From assembly GCF_009914755.1 (NCBI RefSeq), contig NC_060934.1: DNA of 64,000 bases, one strand, 5' to 3'. The translations under genes and the position numbers were made by a program. Source of the DNA: the human T2T-CHM13v2.0 reference genome, Homo sapiens. The notes beneath the pieces were generated by a model. The model saw nothing but the letters and a program-made list of their open reading frames with translations, was not told the DNA's origin and did not search any database. Shown piece by piece: positions 37,071 through 49,612 of this stretch; the first letter of the stretch is position 1; each line of letters begins with the position of its first letter.

Positions 37071-39880
37071 CAGGCATACCTCAGAGACATTGGGGGTTTG
37101 GTTCCAGACCATTGTAATAAAGGTAATATTACAATAAAGTGAGTCAAATTAATTTTTTGGTTTCCCAGTATGTATAAAAGTTGTGTCTACACTTTACTGT
37201 AGTCTATTAAGTGTGCAATATCATTACGTCTTTAAAAAACAATATACATACCTTAATTTTAAAATACTTTCAAAAAATGCTAACAATCATCTGATCCTTC
37301 AGTGAGTCACTAATCATTTTGCTAAGAGAGAGTCTTGCCTCAATGTTGATGGCTGCTGACTGATCAGGGTGGTGGTTGCTAAAGGTTAGGGTGGCTGTGG
37401 CAATTTCTTAAAATGAGACAACAATAAAGTTTGCCAAATAGATGGACTCTTACTTTCACAAGAGGTTTCTCTGTAGCATGCAGTGCTGTTTGATAGCATT
37501 TGCCCACAGCAGAACCACTTTCAAAATTGGAGCCAATCCTCTCAAACTCTGCTGCTGCTTCATTGACTAAATTTATGGATTATTCTAAATCCTTTGTTGT
37601 TATTTCAACAATGTTCACAGACTCTTTACCAGGAATAGATTCCATCTCAATAATCTGATTTGTTTTTTTTTTAATTTTAATTTTTATTTTAAGTTCTGGG
37701 GTGCATGTGCAGGATGTGCAGGTTGTTACACAGGTAAACATGTGCCATGGTGGTTTGCTGCACAGATCAACCCATCATCTAGGTATTAAGCCCAGCATGC
37801 ATTGGCTATTTTTCCTAATGCTCTCCCTCCATTGACCCCACTGCACAACAGGCCCCAGTGTGTGTTGTTCGCTTCCCTGTGTCCATTTGATCTCATTGTT
37901 CAGCTCCCACTTATAAGTGAGAACATGCGGTGTTTGGTTTTCTGTTCCTCTGTTAGTTTGCTGAGGATAATGGCTTCTAGCTCTAGCCATGTCCCTGCAA
38001 AAGACACTATCTCATTTCTTTTTATGGCTGCATAGTATTCCATAGTGTATATGTACCACATTTTATTTATCCAGTCTATCATTGATGGGCATTTGGGTTG
38101 TCAATAATCCACTTTCTTGGCTCATTTGTAAGAAGCAACTGCTCATCTGTTTAAGTTTTATCATGAGATTGCAGCAATTCAGTCACATCTTCAGGCTTCA
38201 TTTCTATCTACAGTTCTCTTGTCATTTCTACCACATCTGCAGTGACTTCCTCCATTGAAGTCTTGAACTCCTCAAAGCCATCTATGAGCACTGAAATTCA
38301 ATTCTTCCAAACTCCTGTTAATGTGCTATTTTGACTTCCTCTCATGGATTATGAATGTTCCCAATGGCATCTAGAATGGCGAATCCTTTCCAGAAGGCTT
38401 TCAATTTACTTTTCCCAGCTCCATCAGGGGAATCACTGTCTATGGCAGCTATAGCCTTATGAAATGTATTTCTTTAATAACACTTGAAAGTTGAAAATGT
38501 TCCTTGATCCAGACTACAGAATTAACATCGTGCTAGCAGGTATAAAAACATTAATCTCCTTGTACATCTCCATCAGCGTTCTCCAGTGACCAGATGTTTT
38601 GTCAATGAGCAGTAATATTTTGAAAGAAATCTTCTTTTCTAAACAGTAGATCTCAATAGTGGGCTTAAAATATTCAGCAAACCATGCTGTAAATAGATGT
38701 GCTGTTATCTAAGCTTTGTTGTTCTATTTATAGAGCTCAGGCAGAGAAGATTTAGCCTAATTCTTAAGGGCCCTAGGATTTTCAGAATGGTAAGTGAGCA
38801 TTGGCTTCAACTTAAAGTTCCCGGCTGCATTATCCCCTAACAAGACAGTCAGCCTGTCCTTTAAAGTTTTGAAGCCAGGAATCAACTTCTCTTCTGTAGC
38901 TATGAAAGTCCTAGATGGAATCTTCTTTGTCTACATTGGAAATCTGTTGTTTAGTGTAGCCACCTTCACAAATGGTCTTAGCTAGATCTTCTGGATATAT
39001 TGCTCCATCTTCTACATCAGCACTTGCTGCTTCACATTGTACTTTGATGTTATAAAGACAGGTTCTTTCCTTAAATCTCATGAGCCTTCTGCTAGTTCCA
39101 AACTTTTCTTCTGCAGCTTCCTCACCTCTCTCTCAGCCTTCATAGAATGGAATTGAGTTGGGGCCTTGTTCTGAATTGGTCTGGTTTATGGGAATGTTCT
39201 GGGCTGGTTTAATCTTCTATCTAGACCACTAAAACTTTTTCCATATCAGCAATAAGGCTGTTTCACGTTATTATTCACGTGTTCACTGAAGTAGCACTTT
39301 TCATTTTCTTCAAGAATTTTTCCTTTGCATTCACAATTTGGTTAACAATTTGGCCCAATAGGCCTATGTTTTGGTCTGTCTCAACTTGCAACATGCCTTC
39401 CTCATTAAATTTAATCATTTCTGGCTTTTGATTTAAAGTAAGAGATTTGCAACTCTTCCTTTCACTTGAACTTAGAAGCCATTGTAGGGTTATTAATTGG
39501 CTTAATTTCAATATTATTTTGTCTCAGGGAATAGGGAGGCCCAAGGAGAGGGACAGAGATGGGAATGACTGGTTGGTGGAGCAGTCAGAACACACACATT
39601 TATTAAGTTCATTGTCTTATATGGGCACGGTTCATGGCTCCCCAAAATGATTACAATAGTAACATCAAAGACCACTGAACACAGATTACTATAACAGATT
39701 AATAATAATGAAAAAGTTTGAAATATTTCAAAAATTGCAAAAATGTGACACAGAGGCATGAAGTGAGCACACACTGTTGGAAAAATGATGCTGATAGACT
39801 TCCTGAGTTAGGATTGCTACAATTATTCAATTTGTAAAAAACACAGTATCTGTGAAACATAATAAAACAAAGTATGCCTG
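37071..39880 (-). mobile_element. Tigger1 DNA transposon (TcMar-Tigger), near full length
   Basis: TIRs CAGGCATACC / GTATGCCTG; transposase N-terminus remnant SERKSCKSLTLNQKPEMIKFNEEG...VNAKEKFLK (39275-39511, minus). Confidence 0.93.
37656..38100 (-). mobile_element. L1PA (L1PA8-10-like) 3' fragment nested in Tigger1
   Basis: Antisense L1 3'UTR with T-rich tail; TSD TCAATAATC at 37647-37655 and 38101-38109. Confidence 0.9.
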
Positions 39881-40414
39881 TGCTAACTGAGAAACTTACT
39901 ATGTCAAAGCACTTCACAGGCAGGGAAAAAAATGAGGCTCAGGGATGCAATGGTTGACCTAAGATCTCATTGCTGGAGCCCAGTTTCAAACCAAGATCTG
40001 GTTGTATCCCCAGACTAAGCTCTTGGCCACAGTAGCCCCTGACCTGATCCTTTCTAATGTGAGAAACCAGAAGTCTACATAAAATTCCAAAACCTGCAAC
40101 ATAATTTGAAAGAAAAAAACTGCAAAAGTCAAGGAGAGTATCTGAGGATGTTGCAAATTATCCCTTCTAAGACAAAAGCCTCTTGAGCTCTCTCTAGATT
40201 TTGAAAGTTTGAAAATACTAAGTAGACTCCTCCAGCCAAGTTGATTCCTGCACAACAGCTGTAAATTTCAGCAAACACACCTTGCTTGGGATCTCACACT
40301 GGGGATGATGAGAACACAGGCTATAGGGACAGAGCCGTGTCCTGGGGAGGCTCAGTCACACTGAGAAGTGGGAATCTTCTGAGACAAGGGGAGTGTCTGT
40401 CCTGGAGGGTGCAT

Positions 40415-41240
<826 letters not shown>

Positions 41241-41299
41241 GGTTAGTGTTTGGTTGAGTAATCTGAGAATCTTGGGAATCATCTTTGGAATCCTTCCCA

Positions 41300-42665
41300 C
41301 CATGGTTTTAGAAAGGTCAGTCTGGCCATAGTGTGGATAACATATTGGGAGGGACAAGACAGACAGCAAAGGGGATCTACTAAAAGCTGTTGCAATCATC
41401 CTGAAAGACAGAGGAATGGGCTTTGGATTAGTGAGAAATGATTTACACACAGCATAACGACTTCTTGCTGACTGATTAGTTGTGGGAGGGAGGGAAGGGA
41501 GAGTCAAGGAGGACTCCCAGGTTTTGCCTCAAACAACTGAGTAAGTGATGTTGCCATCCACAGAGATACTATGGATAAACAGGTTTTGGAGTAGAAGATA
41601 ACAAATTATTCCTCTTCATGTTGAGTTTGAAAGGAAGACAATCAAATGGATGATAAAAATGGGGGAATCATTGGTTAATGCAGGAGTTCTCCATGGGAGT
41701 GATTTGGCTCCACAGAGGACAGTTGGCCATGTCTGAAGACATTTTTGGTTGCCATAATAGTGGAGGCGTTGTCCACATTGAGCAGGTAGAAAGCAGGAGT
41801 ACTGCTAAAAATCCCACAACACACAGGACAACAAAGGTTTACCTAGCCCCAAATGTCAATAGTGCTGAGGTTGACAAACCCTGAACCAGAGGCCAGAAAT
41901 TAAAGCCACAGGAGTGAAGAAGAGGACCCAGAATGGAGCCCTGCAGAACCCCAGCCTCAGAGCAAGGCAAGCCAGCCCAGAGCCCGAGAAGAAGCCAGAG
42001 AAGGGGAGGTCAACCAGATGAACAGTGTTGAAAAGCAGGCAGAGAAAGAGGTGTTGATTCTGGCGGGTGTCAAGGGCTGCTGCGAGTCAAGCAAAATGAG
42101 GAGTAAAAACCATCATTGGATTTAGGGTGACCAAGGCCACCAGAGGCTGTGCCTGAGCAGTTTCAGTTGAGTCGTGGGGGTGGACGGCTGTCTGTGCTGA
42201 GTGAAGAGTGTGCTCTTGAGAGAGGAGGTTGGGGCAACAGCCACCAGAGACCAGGCTTCTGAAGACCTGGAGACACCTCAAACGGGATGTGGGCTGAAGG
42301 GATTTGTTGCCACGGAGAGAATTGAGATCTGCAAATGCTGATGGGAAGAAGAGAGAGGAGGAGATCACAGAGTGAGGCCCCTGAGAAAAGTGTGAGAAGA
42401 GAACTAAGGGCACAACATCTCTTCCAGGCCCTAGCAGCGAGTGTCCCCTAAGTGCTGCATCCCAGGTGTGCACCTGAGTCCCAGTCCTGCCCAGGAGAGA
42501 CTGGCCTGATGATGGAGGAGAAGAGGTGCCCCCAGCAACAGGTGTAGGTGCAGCTGGAGGTGGGCTTGGCAATTTGAAAGGTGGGAGGTTGGGGAGACTT
42601 ACCCTCCATGTAGGCAGCGGGGGTCACTTTTGAGAATAAAGGAGAAGAAAATGGATCAGAGGCCT
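41300..42665 (-). mobile_element. L2 LINE fragment
   Basis: Purine-rich antisense L2 motifs (GAGGGAAGGGAGAGTCAAGGAGGACTCCCAGGTTTTG; CATTGGATTTAGGG...GAGCAGTTTCAGT). Confidence 0.7.
41681..41883. mobile_element. MER20 (hAT-Charlie)
   Basis: CAG...ATGTCTGAAGACATTTTTGGTTGCCA...CCCAAATGTCAATAGTGCTGAGGTTGACAAACCCTG. Confidence 0.85.
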
Positions 42666-45469
42666 GAGGGGGGTGTGGAGGGCTGCTCTGTTTAGAGAAC
42701 CCCAGCAGGACTCCCAGACAGGGCACAGTCTTTGTCCTTGTGATTTCTCTCCCGAGATTTTTTTTTTCTCTTAGAAAAATTCTCATCAAAGTTCCATGCA
42801 AGACCATTTAAGGGTTAACACATTTTCCCCCAAAATGACTGCAGTCCCTCTACTGAAATTCATTTTATGAGTCCAGTCTGTTGAAAGATAAGAAAACTAT
42901 CACAGTGGAGATGGAAGATGGAAATTGGGCTCAGAGAGCAAAGAAGGGTGAAAAAGATATGGACACATATATCCATGGCACAAATTTTAATGATTTCTGT
43001 AAAGTATAATTAAAGGAAATTACAGGAAGGTTCATTTGATTTTCTTAGAGGTCCTGAAACTCACGAGTGTTACAGAGTTATAGTATTTACAGAAAGAAAG
43101 GCTATTAAAATTCAAGAGAATGTGGAAGGAGCTGCCGTCTTTTTTGAAAAAATTCCTTTACATTGCAAAAGATGACCCAAGCTATTCTTTAAAATTCAAC
43201 ATCTCTGATATTATTCTCACAGTAGTGCAGTTAACTGCAGCTAAAATTAGTTCTTCCTGTCAAATCATTGTGTTATTCCACCAAAATAGGTGTCTTCTAC
43301 GTACACAGCCTTGGACAATGGAAATCCTTGACAAGGAGCAGCTGCTTTTGTCCAGTACTTCACATCAGCCGCTAGAAAGCAGGGACGGCCAGGCGGGCTC
43401 TTGCAGAACCTGCCATGCCGGTGGCCCTGCGGGTCCGGCTGCAGCTCCCACCTTCGCACTCTCTCTGGGATGATTTGGGTCAAGGCAGAGCTGTGCAGCC
43501 TCTGTACATCCTCATCAAGCACGGACTCAAAAACTGCGTCCTAATCAGCAGCCGTTTCAAAATTCCTGAAGGTGTGGAGTCATCCCAGACCCTCTGGCAA
43601 GCTCCGGAAGGGTGTTATGGGAGGAAAGTGGGTGTCTATAGGCGGTGATATGGGTTTGCACCATAAGGAGAGGATCCAAGTCCTGTTTGCTACACATGTG
43701 CTGAGGGAAAGACACTTTCTTCAAGAGGTAGTCACCAAAAAGCTGGTCACACCTACGGACAGCAGCATGGTTTCCCCTGAGGGGGGCACTGGAAATCGCT
43801 AAGTTGAGTGGCAGGTGGCACTGGCTGCTCTTTTGGGTGGAAGCAACAGACTGTGTTCACCTGAGACTCAGCAAGAAGAGGCGTGTCCCACCCCGAGTAC
43901 TTCCCGTTGACCCCGCAACCGCCCCTGCAACGACGGGGATGGAAGGGGAGGGCGGCTTCGTAAAAGGCACCTGGGACCCCCACAACTAGCATTCCTTTGA
44001 CAAGAATCAGAAATCTTTGGGAAAGGGGGAAGGAAAAGGGGGCAGAGTCCAGCCGAAAAGCCGACCTCAAAGAACCATTTTGGGGTATTTCTTTTCTCTT
44101 GACTGCTTGGGAAATGCCTTCGGTTCACCCACCACTTCTGAAGGGGCTTCACTTCTAAGGCGAGAGGCCAACGTCCCAACAGAGGGACTCTCACTTCTTT
44201 CTGCCATTTGTTAAATTGTTCCATAAATTAGTTGTTTTACATAAAATTTGGAACTACGATCTGGGAGGCCGAGGGGCTGCACCACCAGTAAGTCGCTGAC
44301 TCAAATGGGCCCTTTAATCCCCAAACCCAAACTCTTTCCTCGATCGAACCGCTGGCCTCAACCTACAAGCCTCCTCCACCGCCAAAAGTCGGGAAGGGTT
44401 GGTCCTTTTGTTTTACAAATGAATTAAAATTAGATCCACAGGCCCGCGTAACGCTGGGGAATACCCAGGGCGAGGCCATCAGGAGGTGAGCGCCAACACC
44501 GCCGGCAGGAATCTGGGGGGATGGGGAGGTCTCCTCATCTCTGAGCCTTGAGCACCAGGCCTGAATTTTCGCCTCTTTCGCACAGGTGCCCGACTCGGAG
44601 TCCGGGAGGCGGGCCCTCTTTCCAGGTACCCAGCCCAGCGCGGCGCGTCAGCCTGGGTCCATCCTCCGCCACCCCACAGCGCGGGGAGCAGGGGAGGCCG
44701 AAAGCCGGGCAGCTTGGGGGGCCGGGATAACCCGGGCTGCAGCAACCCCGGGCGGCAGCAGGACTGGAGAGCTGGTGTCGGACGCACTGCAGAGACGTCC
44801 CTGTTTTCGGCGCGTCCTCCGACACCCAGCAGAGAGCTTGGCGCCCTCCGCTCTGCGCGCCCGAGGTCACAGCGCGGAGAAACCTGGCGGGGCCCCGGAC
44901 TCCCGGGCTTGGGAAAAGCGATGACTGCCCTGAACTGCTGGGGCGTTCGAAATTTCCAGGGTCCCGACCCTCCGTGGGGTACGCGCGACTTCGGCGCAGA
45001 TGTCAGTCCGCTGCCTTCCGGGTTGAGGGCGCGAGGACTCCAGACGACCCCAGGGCCGCTGTCCAGGCCCAGCCCCGCGTTCTCCACCTCGCCACCTCGC
45101 TCTGCGGCTCCAGCCTGGAGATCTACGGACTTCATTGCGATCTCTTGCGCAGTGTAGTCGCCCTCTATCCCTAGCCCCGAGTCCCGGGTAACCCAGGGGC
45201 CCCGGCGAGGCGAGTTTCTTTGGGGCGAGATGTCCCGAGCCGAGCAAAGGGGCCGCGCATTGGACGGGGCTCCCAAGCCACAGCCCTGGGGGCCTTGAGG
45301 AGTCGTGGTACGGTCCAGGGCAGTCGGGGCTGCGGGGCCCGTGAAGCCAGACGAGGCTACGGACTTAGGGTCCCTGCAACCAAGACCGCGAGCGACTGTG
45401 GACTCGGGACGGATCGCACAAAGGAGGAAGGGGGAATCAGAGGGGCGTCCGGTCCAGGACGTGTCAGGC

Positions 45470-45620
45470 CTGGGCGGGGCGGAAAACTGACACCAGGGCG
45501 AGGACAAGGATTTCGCTCCTCCAGGGCTGCCAGGGGAGGGGCTCGCCACCGTCACTCTCCATGGGCTCTGGCCCCGACGGTGTTTAAAGGGCGGAGGGCT
45601 GGGCCGGGCTGGTCGCACCC
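45470..45620 (+). promoter_or_regulatory. FOXI2 core promoter (GC boxes, TATA-like TTTAAA)
   Basis: GGGCGGGGCGG ~45472-45482; TTTAAA 45583-45588 followed by GGGCGG; inferred TSS ~45615. Confidence 0.55.
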
Positions 45621-45703
45621 GGGCGCTGCTGGCGGCCAAGCTGGATGGGTCGCCAGTGAGTTTCGGTGCGGCACCGCTGGCCCAGGCCCGGGCGCGGCTG
45701 GAC

Positions 45704-46214
45704 ATGGCCACCTACTGCGACGACCTGGGCCCCTCCTCGGCCCCGCCCGGCCAGGCCCAGGCCACCGCGCACCCCCCGGGCTATGAGCCAGGGGATCTGG
45801 GCGCGGTGGGCGGGGGCCCCCTCCTGTGGGTGAACGCGCCAGCGCTCAGCCCCAAGTCCTACGCTTCGGGTCCCGGGCCTGCGCCGCCCTACGCGGCCCC
45901 GAGCTACGGGGCTCCCGGCCCGCTCCTCGGCGCCCCGGGCGGCCTGGCGGGCGCCGACCTCGCCTGGCTGAGCCTCTCCGGCCAGCAGGAGCTGCTGAGG
46001 CTGGTGCGGCCGCCCTACTCCTACTCGGCGCTCATCGCCATGGCCATCCAGAGCGCGCCGCTGCGGAAGCTGACGCTCAGCCAGATCTACCAGTACGTGG
46101 CTGGTAACTTCCCTTTCTACAAGCGCAGCAAGGCGGGCTGGCAGAACTCCATCCGCCACAACCTGTCGCTCAACGACTGCTTCAAGAAGGTGCCCCGCGA
46201 CGAGGACGACCCAG
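45704..46214 (+). CDS. FOXI2: FOXI2 coding exon 1
   Basis: Ends CCAG|GTAACA within the forkhead wing, the usual FoxI intron position. Confidence 0.96.
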
Positions 46215-47395
46215 GTAACAGCGGCGCGCCGGCTCGCTCCGTCCAGGACTCCCCATCTTCCCGCCGGGCCGCGGGCACTCCGGGGGTGGGAGCACCTTAG
46301 ACAACCTAATTTCTCCCTGCGCGGTTGGGGATACCCGGGGAGGAGGGAGAAGGGGAAGAAGTGCTTGGGCATGGACAGGTTCTCAGACAGCGGCTGAGCC
46401 CACCACAGGCCCGCGTTTACAGTGCGGCGGTCCCGGGGCTCTCAATCTCTGTGCGCTCCTTCGGAGGAAGAAGCGGGAGAGCCAGCAAGCTGGGTGACCT
46501 TGGGAGTGACTCAACTTCCCTGGGCCTCAGTGCCCTACCTGGTAAAATGGGGAAGACAGCGCCTACCCCAAGGATGGGCAAAACAAATAGGATGCCCGTT
46601 TGGAAAGCTCTGGAGCCTACCTGGGGGCCTGGCGTGGTCTGCGCTGTCCTTGGCAGAGCGGCTGGCGGAGTCCCACCATTAGCATCTCGCAGGCCTTCCT
46701 TCACCTTAACGGGGCTCGGCCTTTCCCAGGGCTCCCTTCCGCCTCCTTTCTGGATTGTCACTTTCTTCCCAGTCCTGCTGTGGAGGCCCATCGGGTACAG
46801 AGTGCCCATCAAGTGTGGAATGGGGGCGAGGACTCAGACCCTCTGTAAGGGCCAGCAGGGGATCTTTCTGAAGCTGACCTCCTCGCTGGCTCACACCACG
46901 GCCCGTCAAAGCTCGAACCTTCTGAACTGGGCTGTTTCTTCTTCTGCAGGTAAAGGCAATTACTGGACCCTGGACCCCAACTGCGAGAAGATGTTTGACA
47001 ACGGGAACTTCCGAAGGAAGAGGAAGAGGAGAGCTGAAGCCAGCGCGGCCGTGCGCTCGGGAGCCAGGAGCGTGGGAGGGGCCGAGGCGCCAGCGCTGGA
47101 GCCCCCGAGCGCGGCTTGCCTGGACCTGCAGGCCTCGCCCTCTCCATCCGCACCCGAGGCCGCCACCTGCTTCTCCGGTTTCGCTTCTGCTATGAGCGCT
47201 CTGGCTGGCGGCCTTGGCACCTTCCCCGGGGGCCTGGCGGGCGACTTTTCTTTCGGGAGGCGGCCACCGACAGTCGCCACCCACGCTCCCCAGACCCTTA
47301 ACCCCTCCCCTGGCTTCGCCCCTGGCCACCAGACCGCGGCCGCCGGCTTCCGCCTCAGTCACCTCCTCTACAGCCGGGAAGGGACCGAAGTTTGA
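45704..47395 (+). CDS. FOXI2: Forkhead box protein I2, 318 aa; join(45704..46214,46950..47395)
   Basis: GACATGG Kozak; [15 protein letters not shown]...; forkhead domain [15 protein letters not shown]...[26 protein letters not shown]|[27 protein letters not shown]; FoxI-type C-terminus YSREGTEV; phase-1 GT-AG intron 46215-46949; 511+446=957 nt. Confidence 0.97.
46480..46650 (+). mobile_element. MIR in the FOXI2 intron
   Basis: GCTGGGTGACCTTGGG...CTTCCCTGGGCCTCAGT...CCTGGTAAAATGGGGA matches the MIR core. Confidence 0.75.
46950..47395 (+). CDS. FOXI2: FOXI2 coding exon 2
   Basis: Acceptor TTTCTTCTTCTGCAG|GT; TGA at 47393-47395. Confidence 0.96.
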
Positions 47396-48198
47396 AGGGA
47401 GGCTGGAGGCTAGCCGGGTGCGGGTCCAGAGGTGCTGAGCTCAGGCCTCCGGTTTCCCCTGGTGACAGCCCCACGTGTTGGCGTTGAAGGCCTTGGTGCC
47501 CTGGGAGGAAGCGCAGAGCCGGGGGCGGCTCGGCCAGCAGGGAGCTGGGCTGAGCGGCTCTTGGGCTTTGGGGTGGGTGGCCCTTCTGCTGTGCACCCCT
47601 CACCCAGGCGACCTTCGGAGCCTCCCTGCTCTGCCTCTAAGTCCAGCCGCCCTGGGCGTCTAGAACCTGTGCTCTCGAGGGATTTGCCTTGAAGGGGCGG
47701 CGGGTCGGCCCTCAGCTCCAGCGTTTTCCAAGGAGGCTGGCTGACTCCAAAGAGCCTTAGAGCAGATGGGAAGAAGGTGGGCTGCCAGAGCGGCCCAGGT
47801 GGTGGGGGCCCTTTCCACCTCCACCCAGCTTGGCCCACCTGGCTCAGGGCCTTCCCTTCTGCTTCAGGGAAGCTGCCGCAGGGGCTGGGGGACAGAGCTC
47901 AGGAGCAGCTGCAGTGGGCTCCAGGTGGGCCAGGAGCCTGCAGTGAGGGGATCTGAGACAGTTGGCATTGGGTCCTGTGTAAGGAAGGTCTTGCTAATGG
48001 TTGGAACTGCTGGTGGTGGGAGGGAGAAGCACTGCGTGGGCAGAAAGCGCCCTTGGGATACCAGCTCCCTTCCCTGTCACTCAGCCCTGGTCCTTGATGA
48101 CCCCCCTCTAGGACAAGGCAACTCCCCAGGGCCCCGCCACCACTGACCACAGGAGCGGTGCCCAGCACCCAGGAGTTCCCCAAGGGTCCAGGTTTGTG

Positions 48199-48670
48199 CC
48201 ACCCACACCCACACTCACACCCACACTCACACTCACACTCACACCCACACCCACACCCACACCCACACTCACACCCACACTCACACTCACACCCACACTC
48301 ACACCCACACCCACACCCACACCCACACCCACACTCACACACACTCACACCCACACCACACTCACACCCACACACACTCACACCCACACACACCCACACT
48401 CATACTCACACCCACACTCACACCACACCCACACTCACACTGACACCCACACTCACACCCACACTCACACTGACACCCACACTCACACCCACACTCACAC
48501 TCACACTCACACCCACACTCACACTCACACCCACACTCACACTCACACCCACACTCACACCACACTCACACCCACACACACCCACACTCATACACTCACA
48601 CCCACACTCATACTGACACACCCACACCCACACTCACACCCACACCCACACTCACACCCACACTCACACA
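48199..48670. repeat. (CACACC/CACACT)n hexamer tandem array in the FOXI2 3' UTR
   Basis: ~470 bp of mixed CACACC/CACACT units with variant units (CACAC, GACACC, CATACT). Confidence 0.97.
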
Positions 48671-49235
48671 GGCTCATGGAAGGCCACACTTGTTTTGGTC
48701 TCTTTCCCCTCCAAACCCACAGTTTGAGCCAAAGCTGTGCGTGTGTTCAGAGCTCCTGAACAGCAGCCTCCTGTGTAAATTGAACCCTGCCCCACCCAGT
48801 TCCTTCTTAGGGATGGTATCTTTGTGAAGGACAAGGAGCCCCCAGTCACTGGGAAGAGGAATTTTTTGGCCTCTGTACTCCTTAGAGGACCTAAGTGCCC
48901 CAGTCAGATGCCCTGAGTCTTTGTGGCATCTGGGACTCCCTGGAGATGGAGACGTTGGTGGGGGGGGGGTACCCACCTTGTTGTTGATGGGGGTACCTAT
49001 CTTCCCTGCATTTTGGGGGAGGGTGGGAGGGGTCCTTCCCAGGAAGAGAGTGGAGACAGGTTACTGTTACTTTGGAGTGGGACAGGCTGGTTTAGCAATC
49101 CTAAGCCCCAGCCACGCAGGTATTCCTGATCTGCCTGCAGGGCCCCTCACTGCAGCTGCCACCAGTGCTGGAAATGAGAGCAGGGCTCCTGACTGTCCCT
49201 AGAGCTGACTCATCATGGCCCTGCTGAAGAGTGAG

Positions 49236-49262
49236 GTGTGTGTGTGTGTGTGCGTGTGTGCG
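49236..49262. repeat. (TG)n microsatellite
   Basis: Directly visible. Confidence 0.9.
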
Positions 49263-49537
49263 TAAGACAGAGAGGGAGGGAGAAGGAAGGAGGCGGGGGA
49301 ACATGGAGAGAAGGAGCCAGGAGTTGGGATAAACCTGGCCCCTGGTCATATGTTTCATCAGCAGTGGCTCCTAACTCCACGTGCCATCTCTGCTGCTGCC
49401 CTCCACAAGCAGGTGAGCAGAGTGCCAGTTGTGTTGAAGGTGATGATGTCGCCTAACTAAACTCACAACCAACCCGCAATCTCTCTTGGGGGGACACTCC
49501 CCATAAGCAATACAATTAAAGAAGACCAGGAAAGGAA

Positions 49538-49612
49538 AATAAATTCCTTAGCTTATACATTTAAAAAGTATCCCTTGAACCTATTTTAATAGAATGAAAT
49601 GCTAAAAATAAA
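49538..49612 (+). terminator. Candidate FOXI2 polyadenylation signals (AATAAA at 49538-49543 and 49607-49612)
   Basis: First AATAAA hexamers downstream of the stop codon, at the GC-to-AT transition. Confidence 0.65.

Larger units (their letters stand above)
44430..47560. promoter_or_regulatory. CpG island covering the FOXI2 promoter and both coding exons
   Basis: Very high GC and dense CpG (many CGCG/GCGC) compared with CpG-depleted flanks. Confidence 0.9.

Noticed and set aside
43770-43825. Two CTCF-like motifs upstream of FOXI2
   Set aside because: Both miss key core positions; too weak to call.
44479-45711. 410-aa minus-strand ORF and the many overlapping ORFs at 44.5-47.8 kb
   Set aside because: Pro/Arg/Gly/Ala-rich with no domain; expected from stop-poor CpG-island DNA and the antisense of FOXI2.
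46325-47395. 356-aa ORF as a separate gene
   Set aside because: It is FOXI2 intron plus exon 2 in frame with a TTG start; kept only as a speculative isoform finding.
47899-48759. Poly-HP/TP/CG/VG dipeptide ORFs
   Set aside because: Translations of the 3'UTR hexamer repeat; no coding evidence.
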